From Camelus ferus (taxonomy: Eukaryota), in contig NC_045698.1 in the NCBI RefSeq assembly GCF_009834535.1, positions 3,970,001 through 4,034,000 on the forward strand: DNA of 64,000 bases, written 5' to 3'. Under the pieces are notes generated by a model. That model worked only from the letters and a program-made list of their open reading frames with translations, made no database searches and was not told the origin of the DNA. Every line of letters begins with the position of its first letter. Position 1 is the stretch's first letter. Below, one piece after another: positions 40,165 through 53,146 of the stretch. Position numbers and translations under genes: made by a program.

Positions 40165-41309
40165 CTGAGAGTTCACCCCAGAATAATCTCGAGTCACCAG
40201 ATGGAGACTTAGGATTTACGATAACTATTTAGCATTCCTAATAATTGAGGCTGAAATTTGGGACCCTTGTGTGCGCCACAGAATTGGCTGTGAAACGCAA
40301 TTGTTTTAACTGGGAATACAATTGAAATTGTAATTTGACTGAAATTGAAATCATGGATATTACATTAAAATTATAAGCACATGATTTGCTTGCCGTACGG
40401 AGTGAACAATGAAGAGAGGAAGGAGGAGTTATTGACCCACTAATGAGATTTGATGATTTACCTAATCAAGTGTAATGAAACTTGAGAAGCGGCAGCCACT
40501 TGCTTCCTGCTGGGGTGATTTCAAAGATGCGAACACAGAGACCCGCCCTCTCCCGGATTTAGTAAAGGTGAAAAGGAATGCTTTACAAACTCGATTACTG
40601 AAAACTGTGAATCTCTGGATTAAAAACAAAATGAAATGTTTACACTCTGCCCCTCCCTGGAGGAAATGCAGGTTTATGAACACACGGGAGGAGGGCAGGG
40701 TGGCACTGAGTGTCGGGAACACCCAGCCCTGCTTCAGGTCACTGGCGTGTCGGCGGCAGGTTAGGAGCTGCCGAGTGCTGTGGGCGGGAGGAGGGGAGCC
40801 CGGGCCCACGGCCTTTCCGACTAGAGCCCATCCCCATTCGGAGCAGATGTGTGGACAAGGGACAGATTTGTGGCATTCACTTCTTACCTTTGTTTTCTCC
40901 CTGGACCAGCCTCTCTCTTGGCTTTCTCAGAATCCCTATATAAAATATCGCCATTGTTGTCCAAAGAGTGTTTTATGTTGGGCTACAGAGCAACGTGGAC
41001 TAGAGGTGGTTCCTCGTCGTCCCCTCAAGGGCTATACCTCCCCTGAGGATGCCTTCCTTAACCCAAAGTTACCACTAGAGCATCTGCTGGGGTTTAGGGA
41101 AAAGACACAGAGCGCTCTCTTTTCCTCTTGTTCCCTGAGTGCCAGGCAAGCTGGAAAGAGAACAAGGGATGTGAGTGAGAGCAGAGGGGCTCAGTGACTT
41201 CCCGCATGGCCTTTGTCAGGGTCAGCTGGGGCTCATGTCTCTGTCCTCTCCCAAAGAAGCTGCCCAGGGGAACTGAGGGAATCCTGCTAGACACAGGCTC
41301 TGTGGCCAA

Positions 41310-41439
41310 GCCTGCAACCAGCTATGCAGAGAATGGCTGCCTTCCCCCAACGGCTTCTACTGCAGAGGGTGCCGCCTGCAACCAGCTATGCAGAGAATGG
41401 CTGCCTTCCCCAACGGCTTCTACTGCAGAGGGTGCCGCC
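41310..41439 (+). repeat. Near-perfect 64/63-bp tandem duplication
   Basis: Two copies of gcctgcaaccagctatgcagagaatggctgccttcccc(c)aacggcttctactgcagagggtgcc differing by one C. Confidence 0.95.
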
Positions 41440-42296
41440 CTCCAGGGGATGCCTTCTGCTCCTGGACACCTTCCACTCATCCCTGGTGGGCCCTCAGGAG
41501 GGGACGCAGTCCTCAGAATCCTGAAGAAGGAACTTTGTGAAGTTGCAAAATGATCTAAAAGGGTCAGGATGCAGGGCAGGCATGGAATGACTTGTTTTGT
41601 CTTGCAACCAATGTACTTTGGGGGAAACATATATTTAATTACTATCCCTGTGAGTGTTAACAGAGAAATAGAAGGAAATCTAATTCAGAAAAACAAGTGA
41701 AAAGTTTCTATTCGCAAGTTTATACATACAAGGAACACTGGCTTTCAATCCGGGTGTTTTGGTTTAGTACAATGGAAATACTGGTTACGACCTGCAATTA
41801 TAAGTTTCCAAGCTGAGGCTTAGCTGGGTTTGGACCAGGAGAGTGATGGAGTCTGGTGTGATCATTTCCTCAGAAACGTGTCAGGCATAGAGCAAACACT
41901 GAGGGACACCTCACAGGAGGTGCAGAGGGAGGTCTCAAGGGAAAGGAACCCAAGCCCATCCAGAGCAGGCTAGGTGTGCTGGGGCAGGCGAGGGCAGTGT
42001 GCCGGGAAATTCACTGGAGGACTTGGAAAGGTGCACAAAGGCATCACCCAGAAATGACAGCAAGCTCCAAACCTGGAGCCATGGGCCTCAGTTTACCCGT
42101 GATCCTGGAACTCAGGCCACTTACTTTGTGTTGCAATCCCTAACTTACCCACTTCTGCAAACACAGTTTACACCCAGGCCACTTGTCTTTTGATTCTTTC
42201 TGAGGGCTGGGTTGAAATCTGTCTTCTTGCTCTCTGTGTTCACAACACTTACTGTTGGGAGAAAGTGGAAGTCTGGGAGCTGATAATGAAAGACGT

Positions 42297-42570
42297 TAGA
42301 CATAGAAAACTAACTTATGGTTACCAGGGAGAAAAGGGGTGGGAAGGGATCAACTGAGAGTGCAAGATTTGCAGATACTAAGTATTACATATAAAATAGA
42401 TAAACAACAAGTTTCTACTATATAGCACGGGGAACTGTATTCAGTATCTTGCAGTAACTTATAATGAAAAAGAATATGAAAGGGAATGTATGTGTGTATA
42501 TGGATGACTGAAACATTATACTGTACACCAGAAATTGATACAACATTGTAACTGACTATACTTCAATGAA
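42297..42570 (+). mobile_element. 5'-truncated L1 3' UTR (cetartiodactyl type)
   Basis: acttatggttaccaggg; aaaatagataaacaacaag; atagcacggggaactgtattcagtatcttg; acaacattgtaactgactatacttcaat. Confidence 0.9.
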
Positions 42571-42690
42571 AAGAAAGAAAGAAAGAAAGAAAAAAGAAAA
42601 GAAAAGAAAGAAAGAAAGAGAGAGAGAGAGAAAGAAAGAAAGAGAGAGAAAGAAAGAAAGAAAGAAAGGAAAAGAAAGAAAGAAAGAAAA

Positions 42691-42734
<44 letters not shown>

Positions 42735-42773
42735 AAGAAAGAAAGGAAAGGAAGAAAGAAAGAAAGAAAGAAA

Positions 42774-42813
<40 letters not shown>

Positions 42814-42815
42814 AA

Positions 42816-42855
<40 letters not shown>

Positions 42856-42940
42856 AGAAGAAAGAAAGAAAGAAAGAAAAGAAGGAAGAAGAAAGAAAGG
42901 AGGAAGGAAGGAAGGAAGGAAGGAAGGAAGGAAGGAAGAA
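42570..42940 (+). repeat. (GAAA)n to (GGAA)n polypurine tract at the L1 tail
   Basis: About 370 bp of pure purine directly after the L1 3' end. Confidence 0.95.
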
Positions 42941-43155
42941 GCCCAAAAAGAAGCCCTCAAGACGGAACCTTCCTCCCTTCCCCTTCCCTCCTCCCCCCCC
43001 AAAGAAAGCACACTTCCCCTCGAGAAAGAAAGCGAAAAGAGAAAAGAAAAAAGACGCAGAGAAAGAAAGGTAGTGTTTCATAGCCAGAGGTTCTGGACAG
43101 CGTGGGAATCCCTCAGCTAATCTCTGCTGCTTTCTGCAGAGAGGAACCCATGTGT

Positions 43156-43276
43156 GCTGTAGGAAGGGCTGTAGGAAGGGTTGTAGGAAGGGCTGTAGAA
43201 AGTGTTGTAGGAAGGGCTGTAGGAAGGGCAGTAGGAAGTGTTGTAGGAAGGGCTGTGGGAAGGGCAGTAGGAAGGG
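43156..43276 (+). repeat. 12-bp minisatellite (GCTGTAGGAAGG) x10
   Basis: Ten tandem units with GCT/GTT/GCA variants. Confidence 0.95.
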
Positions 43277-43513
43277 TCAGGACCTTGGCTCCTTCTGAGA
43301 CTTCACCTGAACTAGAGGAACTGTGTGCAGGGAGCAAACAGCACTGGGGTCACATTCTCCAGAGTCACAGTGGAAGCACGTGGCAGAAGGCAGCGAGAGG
43401 CCAAAGGAGCTAGTGTCCTATGAGAGTTAGTCTGTTTCTCCCAACTAAATAATTTGGGGAGGTGGGTGAGAGAGGAAATGCCGCACAGAAGATCACTCAC
43501 TGCATTTCTAGGT

Positions 43514-44088
43514 TGATTAGGTTTCTATCACTGCTGTAATGCATCACCACTGATCTAGCAGGTTTAAAACAACATAAATTGATCATCTTGCAGTTTTCAT
43601 GTCAGGACTCTGACACAGGTCTCACGAGCTAAAATCAAGGTGTTGGCAGGTTGCCTTCCTCGCTGTGGCTCCGGAGAGAAGCCATCTCCCTGTCTTCCCC
43701 AGCACCTAGACCTGCTTATGCAAATTGTTGGCAGAATTCAGTTCCCCAGGGTCGTGGGACTGAGGTCCCGGGCACGTGCGAGCCGTCAGCTGGAGGCATC
43801 CCAGCTTTCTGAGCCTATCTTCACTCCTGGCTCACAGCCTCGACCTCCACCTCAAAGCCAGCAGCGGCGGGCCTGTGCCCCCGCACTCTGCTCTCTCTGG
43901 CTTCCCTGCTTTGGAGGGTTTCTGTTGTTGGACTGCATCCACTCAGCTAACCCAGGATAATCTCCCTATCCCAAAACCCATAATCTTAATCTCCCCCACA
44001 GAGAGTCTCTTGCCAACTATGATAACATATTAAATTCCTAGGATTAGTGCATAGACATATTTGGGGGGCCATTATTCTCCTTATTGTA
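43514..44088 (-). mobile_element. MaLR LTR (MLT1D/E-like), antisense
   Basis: ttaaaacaacataaatt; gctaaaatcaaggtgttggcagg; ttgttggcagaattcagttcc; ccaggataatctccctatc; gacatatttggggggccattatt. Confidence 0.85.
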
Positions 44089-44449
44089 CTAGGAATTTAA
44101 TAACAAAAATAAGATTGTAAGTCTCATAATTATAATTTATACCAGAAGCAAGTAATTTTACAGCTAATTGAAAATATTCTTCCTTTAACTTGTCTTCTAA
44201 AGACCTTACCTGGTGGGGTCATTAGAATTTATTTAAACTATTAAAATTAGTTTAAATTAAATAGTTTAAAAAATATTAGATAACCTTCCTCTTCCTCCTG
44301 ATTCTGATTCGCCTCACTATTCGCTGACAATAGGTATTAGCTGAAAGCCGCTGCAACCGCTGTGGCCCAAGGTCTGGGCATTAGTCTGCAGCCTTGCCAG
44401 CCCTGTTCAGCTGTGGTTCTCAATGGGTGCTGTCCTTTATTCTCAATCT

Positions 44450-44700
44450 CTTTGTTTTCTTCAAAGTACTTGTTTATTTTCTGTCTTCCTCACTGGAAAT
44501 TATAAAAGATCATGAGTGTTTTATCACTAAGCACCCAAACCTAGTGCACTGTGTCTGAAGAACAGCAAGTATTTACTAAACATTTGTCAAATGTGGACAT
44601 ATTTTTGAATGAACAAAAGGGTGGATGGGTGGATGAATGGATGAATGGATGAATGGGTGGCTGGATGGATGGGTAGGTGGGTGGACAGATGAATAAATCA
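44450..44700 (+). mobile_element. L2 3' end with (GGAT)n tail
   Basis: cctagtgcactgtgtctg...tttactaaacatttgtcaaatg followed by ggatgaatggat repeats. Confidence 0.55.
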
Positions 44701-44829
44701 AAGACTCTACAGAATAGTCCTTTCACTGAGAGGAAATTTTAACCAGGTAACTTTGGTCTCCTCTCACTGCTTAGATTATATGATTCTCTAAGCCTGACCA
44801 TATTAGGCAGGAGGAATAAAGCTTTCCAC

Positions 44830-45010
44830 TTGCATACACTGTATGATTTTTAGGTACTTTCACATCCATCATCTCCTTTAACTGACACAATACCACTAGC
44901 AAAAATCAAGTATGTATCACTCTCATTTTAATTACGAGGAAATAAAGATTTAAAAGCCGGTTAGTTTGAAAGGAAGGACAGAACTCCGGGCTACTAATTT
45001 CCTGTTCAAT
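44830..45010 (-). mobile_element. MIR fragment
   Basis: actttcacatccatcatctccttta...ctcattttaattacgaggaaataaag resembles the MIR core. Confidence 0.45.
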
Positions 45011-45804
45011 CCATTTGATCTGTATTAAGTCTGTGTAGAACCAACCAGGCCATGAACCCCCACAATTCTGATAAATACATGAATCTAACTTCCAAACTCT
45101 GGTTTTCAAACCTGAAAACAAGTTTGTACTGAATCCCAAAAGCTAGACCCAAGCCCAGGGAGGGCTGGGTGTGGAGTGGGAACATCAGGGTCCTTAGGGA
45201 CCTGGTCCCAGTGCTTCCCCTTGTTCCTGGGCAAGGTCTTCTTTCACAATGCAGGGACATTAATGTCATGTTTTCAGGATTGGAGAGAGATAATGTGTCT
45301 AAAACGCATGGGTCCAGGGCCTGAAGCTCTGCAGAAATTTTAGAGTCTAAAATTAAAGTTTCTACATATTGAGGGCCAGTCTCGCAGGTCTTGACAGGTG
45401 TCCTGACATCCTGAGAGCTGCTGTGGCGAGAAGAGCTGAACTGCTTATCCCAGATCTGAGGGGCGCTTTGGAGACGGGGACAAGAAAGTGTTGCGGAAAC
45501 TCACGATCAGAGAGCAGGGCTCGAGTTTGCCACACCCCTTCCTTCCTCTGAAAACCGTCTCGGTGAGGCTCTATGTCTTAGCACTACCTCCATTACTCCG
45601 CTTTTGCTTTGGTTGATTCTGTTTTTTCTCTATTTCTTCCAGAGTTAAAAATAAATTCACCTAGGAGTCCTAGACACAAGCACTAAATACTTCTGTTTGC
45701 AAGAAGACACTTCTTTGCATTGTTGAAGGAAAGCAGCCCTCACTCCTGCTTCTCCAACAGGACACTGACTCACCTCCCTCCACACCCAGGGAGGAAGAGA
45801 CGCC

Positions 45805-46030
45805 GGGGTGGGAAGGGACTGGGATTTCAACATGTAGAATAGATAAACGAGATTATACTGTGTAGCACAGGGAAATACATACAGGATCTTGCGGTGGCTC
45901 ACAGTGAAAGAGAATGTGACAACGAATGTATGTATGCTCATGTGTAACTGAAACATTGTGCTGTACACTGGAACTTGACGCAACATTGTAAAATGACTAT
46001 AACTCAATAAAAAAAAAGTTTAAAAAAATA
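45805..46030 (+). mobile_element. 5'-truncated L1 3' end with A tail
   Basis: tatactgtgtagcacagggaaat; caacattgtaaaatgactataactcaataaaaaaaaa; related to but diverged from the 42.3-kb copy. Confidence 0.85.
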
Positions 46031-48333
46031 GCAACATATTTTATGACACCTGATTGTGTTCAGCTCAGTCTCAAGTGATGGGTGTTCTGCATTCCAATGT
46101 CTGCACCTCAGTGAATTTGCATGATCTGAACCCCTTTTGGAGGCAATTTGTTCTGAGTCATCAGATTTAAGTGTCATCAAGCCGCTCCCAGAGGAGCAGA
46201 GATGCCCCATGATTGTCCTTTCACGGGAACTGTGCACGACAGGGACAAGCCAGCCCCACAGAGGAGCAGTGTTGACGTCGACTCTGCTGCTGGTACTCAA
46301 GCGTGTTGGAATATGTTTATTTTCCTGAGGTTATTATTTCAGTAATAATACTGAAGTAATTTCTAGAGCAGACCTGGCTGTTAGGGATTATTACCTAGGA
46401 CAAAGTGTTACATTTGAAACCTTCTAGTGAAGCATAATGGCCAAATCTTCATTTTGAGTCTCGTCCATAAATAATCTTTAAAGGTTTGTTTCATTGTATT
46501 TAAGGAAGGAAAAAGAGAAGGAAGAGGAGGGGAAAAAGGAAAGGAAACATCTTAAATTTCAGCTTAGCCATCAAGCTATATTGGTTTATATCACGCTTCT
46601 TCTAGCAAGATCTTCCCCAGGAAAAAAAAAATCTGATATTGATGGCCCGAATATAGATCTCTAGAAACTTCCCCTAAGCAGGCCTTGCATTTAATGGCCT
46701 TAAAGCATATACATTTGGAAGAGAGCTGCTCTGTGTCTCTGCGTCGTGCAAGCATGTGTATGAGGGCAGCAGGTGTTTGTGTGTGTGAGTGAGGAGGTGC
46801 TATGTTTAAATGCTGACTTCTGCCAACAGCAAACACCAATCCAGGTCTAATTTATGTGGGAACTGAGCAACTGGCATTTGGCTGAGCTGTCTGAGCACAC
46901 CGTGGTTTTAAATATCATTTCAATGCATCAGTGTTCACCAAGAGTTCTTAATGGGATGTATAAGCGTGCTGATTTCAGAGGCTAGAACTCCCATGTTCAC
47001 TGTCACATAAAAGGCCCAAGAAAGGGACCCTATAAGCAAGGATTGTTATTGTTGTTACTGCTGTTGTTTGCTGTACACGACCTGGTTCTCTGCCTTGGAT
47101 CAGATTCCCAGAACACACTCCCGTGTGTTTGCTTCTCTCTGGGCCTGATGGACCCATTCATGGTATAAGAACAGGAAAGACGTCCTGAATGACAGCAATT
47201 CACAACAACCAAAGCATCTGAGTTCTGCATGTTTAAGGTGAGTTTTTTCCGAGGTGGTGCTCACTGTAACAGACTCTGGCCAGCCTTGGGGACATTGTCA
47301 GTGGCTGCCTGGAGATGGGCACACCAAGATTAGGTGCTGAGCTGCCCTGATGGGTTCCAGGTGCTGAATGTTATATCAGAACAATTGCACCAGCAACAGT
47401 CCTTGTTAGTTGTAAGAAACGGGTCTTAGTCTAACGCCGCTAATTAGAAAAAAATTAATTGCTTGGACCAAAACTAGTCATTTGGCAGGATACCAATTAT
47501 CTCTGTTGCCTTGTGGAAGTCCTGCTTAGAGGCAGGTAAACAAACTAAATTGCCTTTTTGGACTCTTTAAGCTTTTATGATTGTTTAAATAATTAATATA
47601 CAGTTGAACAGTTTGATGAATTTCAGAAACAACTTATTTACTCTGAAATCGTGTAAGAAACAATTTTCTCTTTTTTTAAAGGAAAAGTCGCTCTGCCAGT
47701 GAAACACACTGGAGTGGAAAGCTCATCCAGGAAAGAACACATTCTTTCCCCCTCACCTTAGACTCCCCAGCACGCAAACATCTGGCCTGAACTGTGCACC
47801 CACACACCTGCTTTCATGCTGATCTATGTTTTTGACCAGATGGCAGAATGAGCCATAGCCGATCCTTCCATCTCTGGGAACCGTAACACAGAGGCCCTAC
47901 CTGTGTCCAGTTTGCATTACCTGCAATACGTAAAGTCCATCTTTCTGTCTGTCTCATTATTTGTCTTTCTTTGACTTTCTTTCTATCCATCTCTCTACCT
48001 GTCTATCTAAACATCCATCTAGTTGTAACTAAAAGTAATAAGTAAATGAACACACAAGAAGCTACAGAGGGCACGTATCCTCCATAACATGATAAAAAGT
48101 ACTTTGCACAGCACACAGCCTCCTCATTTCAAGAAATGTGTTTGCCTTCCAGCATTCAGAGAATCACGGATTCACAGAGTCAGAAGGCATCTCTGAGATT
48201 AGCGAGGGTCAGAACAAGGAGGCTCAGAGAAGGGAAAGAACTTGCCCAAACGCACCTGGCTTCTCGTCCTGGAACTGGAGGGAATTTTAACTTGAACATC
48301 TGTCCTGTATTTATTTCGATGGTCATCGCTCAC

Positions 48334-50825
48334 CAGAGGAAGTTAACTTTACCAAAACACCACTCTTTTGCCCTAAGAGAAAGATTTTCTGTTTTCACAT
48401 GGTTTACACGGTGTGAAACAGCATGAATTATCTAAGGAAAATTTCAAATTGTTCCTCATGATGGCGGTCCCAGCAAGGTGGCGAGAACAACCACAGGAAA
48501 GGAGCAAAAGAATATTTGATCTAAATCGAGCTCACAGTGCGGGGGCAGATGGCGCTCAGGCCGACGAACAGAGATGACTGACTCGTCCACTTCAGCGCTG
48601 CTCACTGCACCCAGGAGTCCGACCGCGAGGGCCAGGGAAGCCAGAGCTCTCTTCCGGTTTCATCAGCTGAAACGGTCTTTCTTTTTAACAGCGGGAAATT
48701 GCTATTTCTTCTATAATGAGGACTCTCACTCGTCGTTCTTTTATTTCTGTTTCTGTTTTTGTTCTGTAGTATTCAAAGATTATGAGTGGTCTCATCTCAT
48801 TAATTCATTGCTGGCAAGAACAAATACTCTGAGATGTGTAATTATGACAACTCTGGCACAAGTCTTTGGCAGAATCTGGGGGATTTTGTCTGCAATTCAA
48901 AAGTATCCGTGCCTGTGAAAATCCTTCAGAAAGTGAGCCACCAAATTACCTCTAACTGCTTTTATTATGTTGAACAGTCTGCTACCCAGAGCAATGCATA
49001 CTGTATTACAAAGGACATAAAAGTGGCCATGGCTGGATGGTTATCCAGGTATTGTTCGAGTGTTCTGGACAGCGTTATAGTCCCAGACACAGGGGAGAGA
49101 GGCTTTTAGCTGCCCCACAGCATCCCTAACACGACCAGGGCTTCTCAGTAGGAGGCTTGGCTCAGTGAAAACTCTTTCAAACATGGATGGCCTCATCCCA
49201 AAGTGCAAATTCTGTCAAACGGCTCCTCTGTGCTGAGAGCTGCTCGCAGGGGAGATGCATGCGCATCAGCAACGCAGGACCTGGGCAGCTCTCTGAACCA
49301 CAGCTATTAAAATGCGAAAGTTTGACTCCACACGCTGACAGTTTCAGAAATAACTTTAACTCAACAAACAGGAACCATCTCCAAATAGAGAGCTAGGATT
49401 CAATGACCTCACTCCCCCACTGCGTGTGTCGCCAGGCGTAGTTGGCAGCGGCACCCCGGGGTTCTGTCATGGCTCAGCCAAGAGCAGGATAAGCCGAGTC
49501 AGAACCCTAAGCCTCTAACCGTAGGCGAACGCAGTAGAGCACCTACCTGTTGTAAACACGAACGCAACGTCTCTGAGCTTCGTGTTAAATCACAGAGCTG
49601 TATTCCCTGTAATTAAAGCCCCAGATATTGTCTTCCATTCAACCTCACACAGACTCCATAAAAGCGACGTTAAGTAGTTTTATGAACTATTGTGAAGGTG
49701 CTGCAGACACAGGTCATTTCTTTGGCATCTCAGACGCAAGCTGGTTATTGAATTGAGCTGTGAGCGTGCACAGACGTAAAGGAGCTACAGAACATACACG
49801 TCAGGGCCACTTCATTCCATCCTCCTGTGTCAGAGTTCGCAGTGACGTCTGCTTTTAACGTAGTAAAAATTTGGATTAAGCAATCACTTTTCTTCCTGAG
49901 AAGTATATTCACATTTTGTATAATCCTTTACTCGTAAAGACGGAGGCTTTTTTTTTTTTTTTTCCATGTAAAGACTTTTTTGCGTGTCACCGCGACAAGA
50001 GTTCTGAGCAAATTCTGTTGCAAGACATGGAATCATGGTCGAGATTTCCGCATGGACCATTCGTAATGTCTCTTTATTGCGGCTTCCAAGAGATGGAGAA
50101 AAAGAAGAAAGGTAAGCAGTGTGAGGAACGGCAGGGCCCTGGAGAGGCTTCAGGGAGGGGAAAAAGAGGAGAAACTGTGACCCACCTACACAAGAATCTT
50201 CAGAAGAAAAATATGAACAGAACCCTAGTGGGTGGGTCCTCTTTCTCTCTCCCTGCTGTGGTGTCTGCCTCCATTCCCACGGCAGTAACGTCCCCATAAA
50301 TGTACTGTTATCCCATTAGCTTCCACCTAGGTGCTCTTATTTTAATATTTGACTCGAAAAAAGAACACTTCAAAGTATCAATGTGCCAGGTGATTTACAC
50401 CCCTGAAGGGATTCAAAACAATCTCACTTTCTCTCGCAGGTAAATGGTCTCAGTTCATTGGTCTCCTGCCGTGATTCTTCTCTGTTTGAGGAGGAGCGGT
50501 TGAAATCACGTGCCAATGTACACGTTGCTATGAATTCCTCTGGCTTTTAGCACTACTTTTCAACTCTTCTAATGAGTCTTCTAAAAATTACTTTATTGCC
50601 TGCCTGACTTAGAGAAAATGGTGCTGCTTGATACTTGCTACTTTAACGCTCTTCCTAAACAGTCTTCCAGTCTCTTCCACCAGGTTCCTGTCATTCTGAA
50701 TGTTTCCCAGGCTGCTGCCTGCCTCCAGCATAAAATGAGACCAAGTGAGCAAAAATATCCTGAATTTCCAAGGCCACTGCCAGTGCCAATATCTCCAAAC
50801 CTGTTCTCCATTCTTCTCATTGCCC
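48334..50825 (-). pseudogene. Chain B putative ~2.5-kb exon
   Basis: Acceptor caatttccaactag| at 50825 (phase 2, in frame with ORF 50609..50899); donor CTG|gtgagc at 48334 (alternative CAG|gtaggt at 49547); no interspersed repeat recognised; CpGs retained; includes the 137-aa ORF 49884..50297. Confidence 0.4.
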
Positions 50826-50998
50826 CTAGTTGGAAATTGTGACTTTGCTATTTGTAACCAAATGATGCAAGCTCCACAGCCTCCCTGAAGCATGAACACA
50901 CCTCAGATCTTGTATTTCTGGCCTTGCAAAGCTGGCATATATTTCAATCTGTTATTATAGCTCACGTGATTTAAGTTTTAAACCTTGTCATTATTTAC

Positions 50999-51129
50999 AT
51001 TTGTTTTGACACGCGGAGAACTGAAATGACAGAGTCTACTGCAGCTGCGCCTTTGGTGTTTCAGCCATTTGTAGTGACTGTTTTCTCTTTGGACCTTACA
51101 GGCAATAATGACGAGATGCTCATGTTTTC
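50999..51129 (-). pseudogene. Chain B exon, 131 bp
   Basis: atctctcactcag|...AT|gtaaat, phase 0 to 2: ENMSISSLLPVRSKEKTVTTNG*NTKGAAAVDSVISVLRVSKQ. Confidence 0.4.
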
Positions 51130-52674
51130 CTGAGTGAGAGATTGCTTGCTAAGAAGAAGGAAATTCACACACAACAAAGAAAATGAAGACTGATTGATGG
51201 GTCATATAAATGTTAGATGATTCATTATAATCTTTTTGTTTGCATCCTGAATTTTTCTCCCATCACTAAGGAATATGGGTTTTGTTGGCCTTATTATTTT
51301 GGAGGTGATTATTTTCAAAGGAATGTTTTGTTTGTTTGGAGGGCAACTTGCTCAGGCAAAAGCCAGTGGAAACGCTCAACAGCTGAGTGATGTGTGTGTA
51401 TGTGAGGAAAGATCTTGGCACAACCTTGGGGCTTACACTCCATCACGGAGCAGCAGGGCACTGGGACTCCCCCCACTGTGGAAATGGTGTCTTTCCCTTG
51501 AGTGGCAGACGCCACAGCACTTGGCCCTGGTGGGGGCTGGTGAAGGCATGGACGCATGTGAGGGCTGCCTGCAGGGCTGCGTCTGCATAAAGCACTGCAG
51601 GGCTTCCTGGCGACCAGTTAGCTCGAGGGAGAGGGGCCCCCTCGGTGCTAAGACACCAGAACTGGTCTGAGTGATGGCGACCCTGAGCACAGTTGGCATC
51701 CACCCTGCTGACCCTTCCCTGGCCTGGCTGCCCAGTGACCCATTTAGAGGCGTCGCGTAGACGTGGGGCTGCACCTGGAAGAGCTATTCTCCCAAAAGCA
51801 AATGATGCCGTGAGACCCTAGCAGGTCCCTTTGGTCACCTACGTTCATTGCCACTTGAATTGGGGGAGGGGTGCATTCCTGTTCTTCCCCTCCAGCTGCA
51901 GAGAGACACCTCGTCAAACCGAAGACCCCGGGGTGGGGTTACAGCAGCCAGGCTGCCTGTACCCGCCTGAGGGTGGGGACACCTGACTCTCAGTGTCAAG
52001 GACAGCAGGGACTGTCAGTGTGATGACAGGCAGATGCCATGTGGGGGCTGGCCAGATGGCGGAGTGTGTGTGCATAGCCTCCCAGAAATGCACGCGTCAT
52101 CAGGGAGAAGCCAGAGCTACGAGAATGTGTGACGATGGGGCCACTTGAGTCCCAGGTGAGGCTGGGGTCTCAGGGGACTCTTGTGCTGCTGTGGTCCAGG
52201 ATGGCCCAAAGGGAGAGCATGCAGACTCATTTAAGTTGGAGCCTTGGACCCACACAGAAACATGAGGCCTTTTCCCCCTGGTTCTCCCCAAGATTCCTTG
52301 CCGCTTGTGGCTCCTGCTTTGGGGTCTGGTGCAGTTCTGCAGCATGGGGCCAATCACTGCCCCAAGAATCTCACCACACCTGTGGTCTCTGAGGCTGATG
52401 AATCCAAGGAAACAACCCAAACGGCCTTGCGCCCAGACTCAGTGTTGTCCTGTGCGCACCTGCTGTCCTGTCTACCAACCAGGACACACCCATGGAAACG
52501 CCCGTCCCTGGCACCTGGTGGATGGCAGAGGTGAGTCAGGCTTCCCTGTGTGAGGGCAGAGGGCTGCCTGAGAGGGGTTTCATGGTGTGCCGAGGGGGTG
52601 GGCTGAGGGGTGCTGGGAACTGCTGTTTTGTAGGCTGTGCATACTCAGAGGGCCCAGGCTGCCTGCCTGCTTAC

Positions 52675-52735
52675 CTGTACAGCTGTATCAGTGGTCTTAA
52701 TGATCCACATCCTTTCTTCCTTCAATCTTAGCCTC
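52675..52735 (-). pseudogene. Chain B exon, 61 bp
   Basis: gtttttgcatctcaaag|...CAG|gtaagc, phase 2 to 0, open: RLRLKEERMWIIKTTDTAVQ. Confidence 0.45.
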
Positions 52736-53102
52736 CTTTGAGATGCAAAAACGCCTACTGTCTTTTGAATATGAGCAGATTATTTTGAAAGCTACATGTC
52801 GTATCTCTTGGTATCTCTTGATTTGCCTTAGAGTTCATCTTGATGAATAATTCCTTAGAGGGGGTAGCAGAGATGTGAAACAATATTTGCAAAGTTAAAC
52901 TCTGTAAAATACCTTATCATGCTCACAGGAGAGATCTGTAGGTCTAAATTGTGCAAATGAGTTTAATTCCTGTTTAAAGGGCTTCCGTTTAAATCCTCCC
53001 CTTATCCCTAAAGCATGCTAAAATTCCCAAAGACATTTGGGGAATTTGAAATGCAAAATCCTTCTTAAAGAGAATTCCTGTTTGAAGTAAAAGAATTGCA
53101 TG

Positions 53103-53146
53103 GAGACAGAGACAGAGACAGAGACAGAGACAGAGACAGAGACAGA
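53103..53146 (+). repeat. (GAGACA)n microsatellite
   Basis: Read directly from the sequence. Confidence 0.9.

Noticed and set aside
40475..41197. 240-aa plus-strand ORF
   Set aside because: No recognisable domain or splice context, and the composition looks like random moderately GC-rich DNA.
42556..43120. 151-184 aa ORFs rich in K/E/R or F/L/S
   Set aside because: They are translations of the (GAAA)n microsatellite.
41310..43276. CRISPR-like reading of the 64-bp duplication or the 12-bp array
   Set aside because: Head-to-tail repeats without unique spacers, no cas genes, and a mammalian context.
48541..48557. Second CTCF-like motif GGGGCAGATGGCGC
   Set aside because: It lacks the 5' CCA of the core, so chance matches of this quality are expected.
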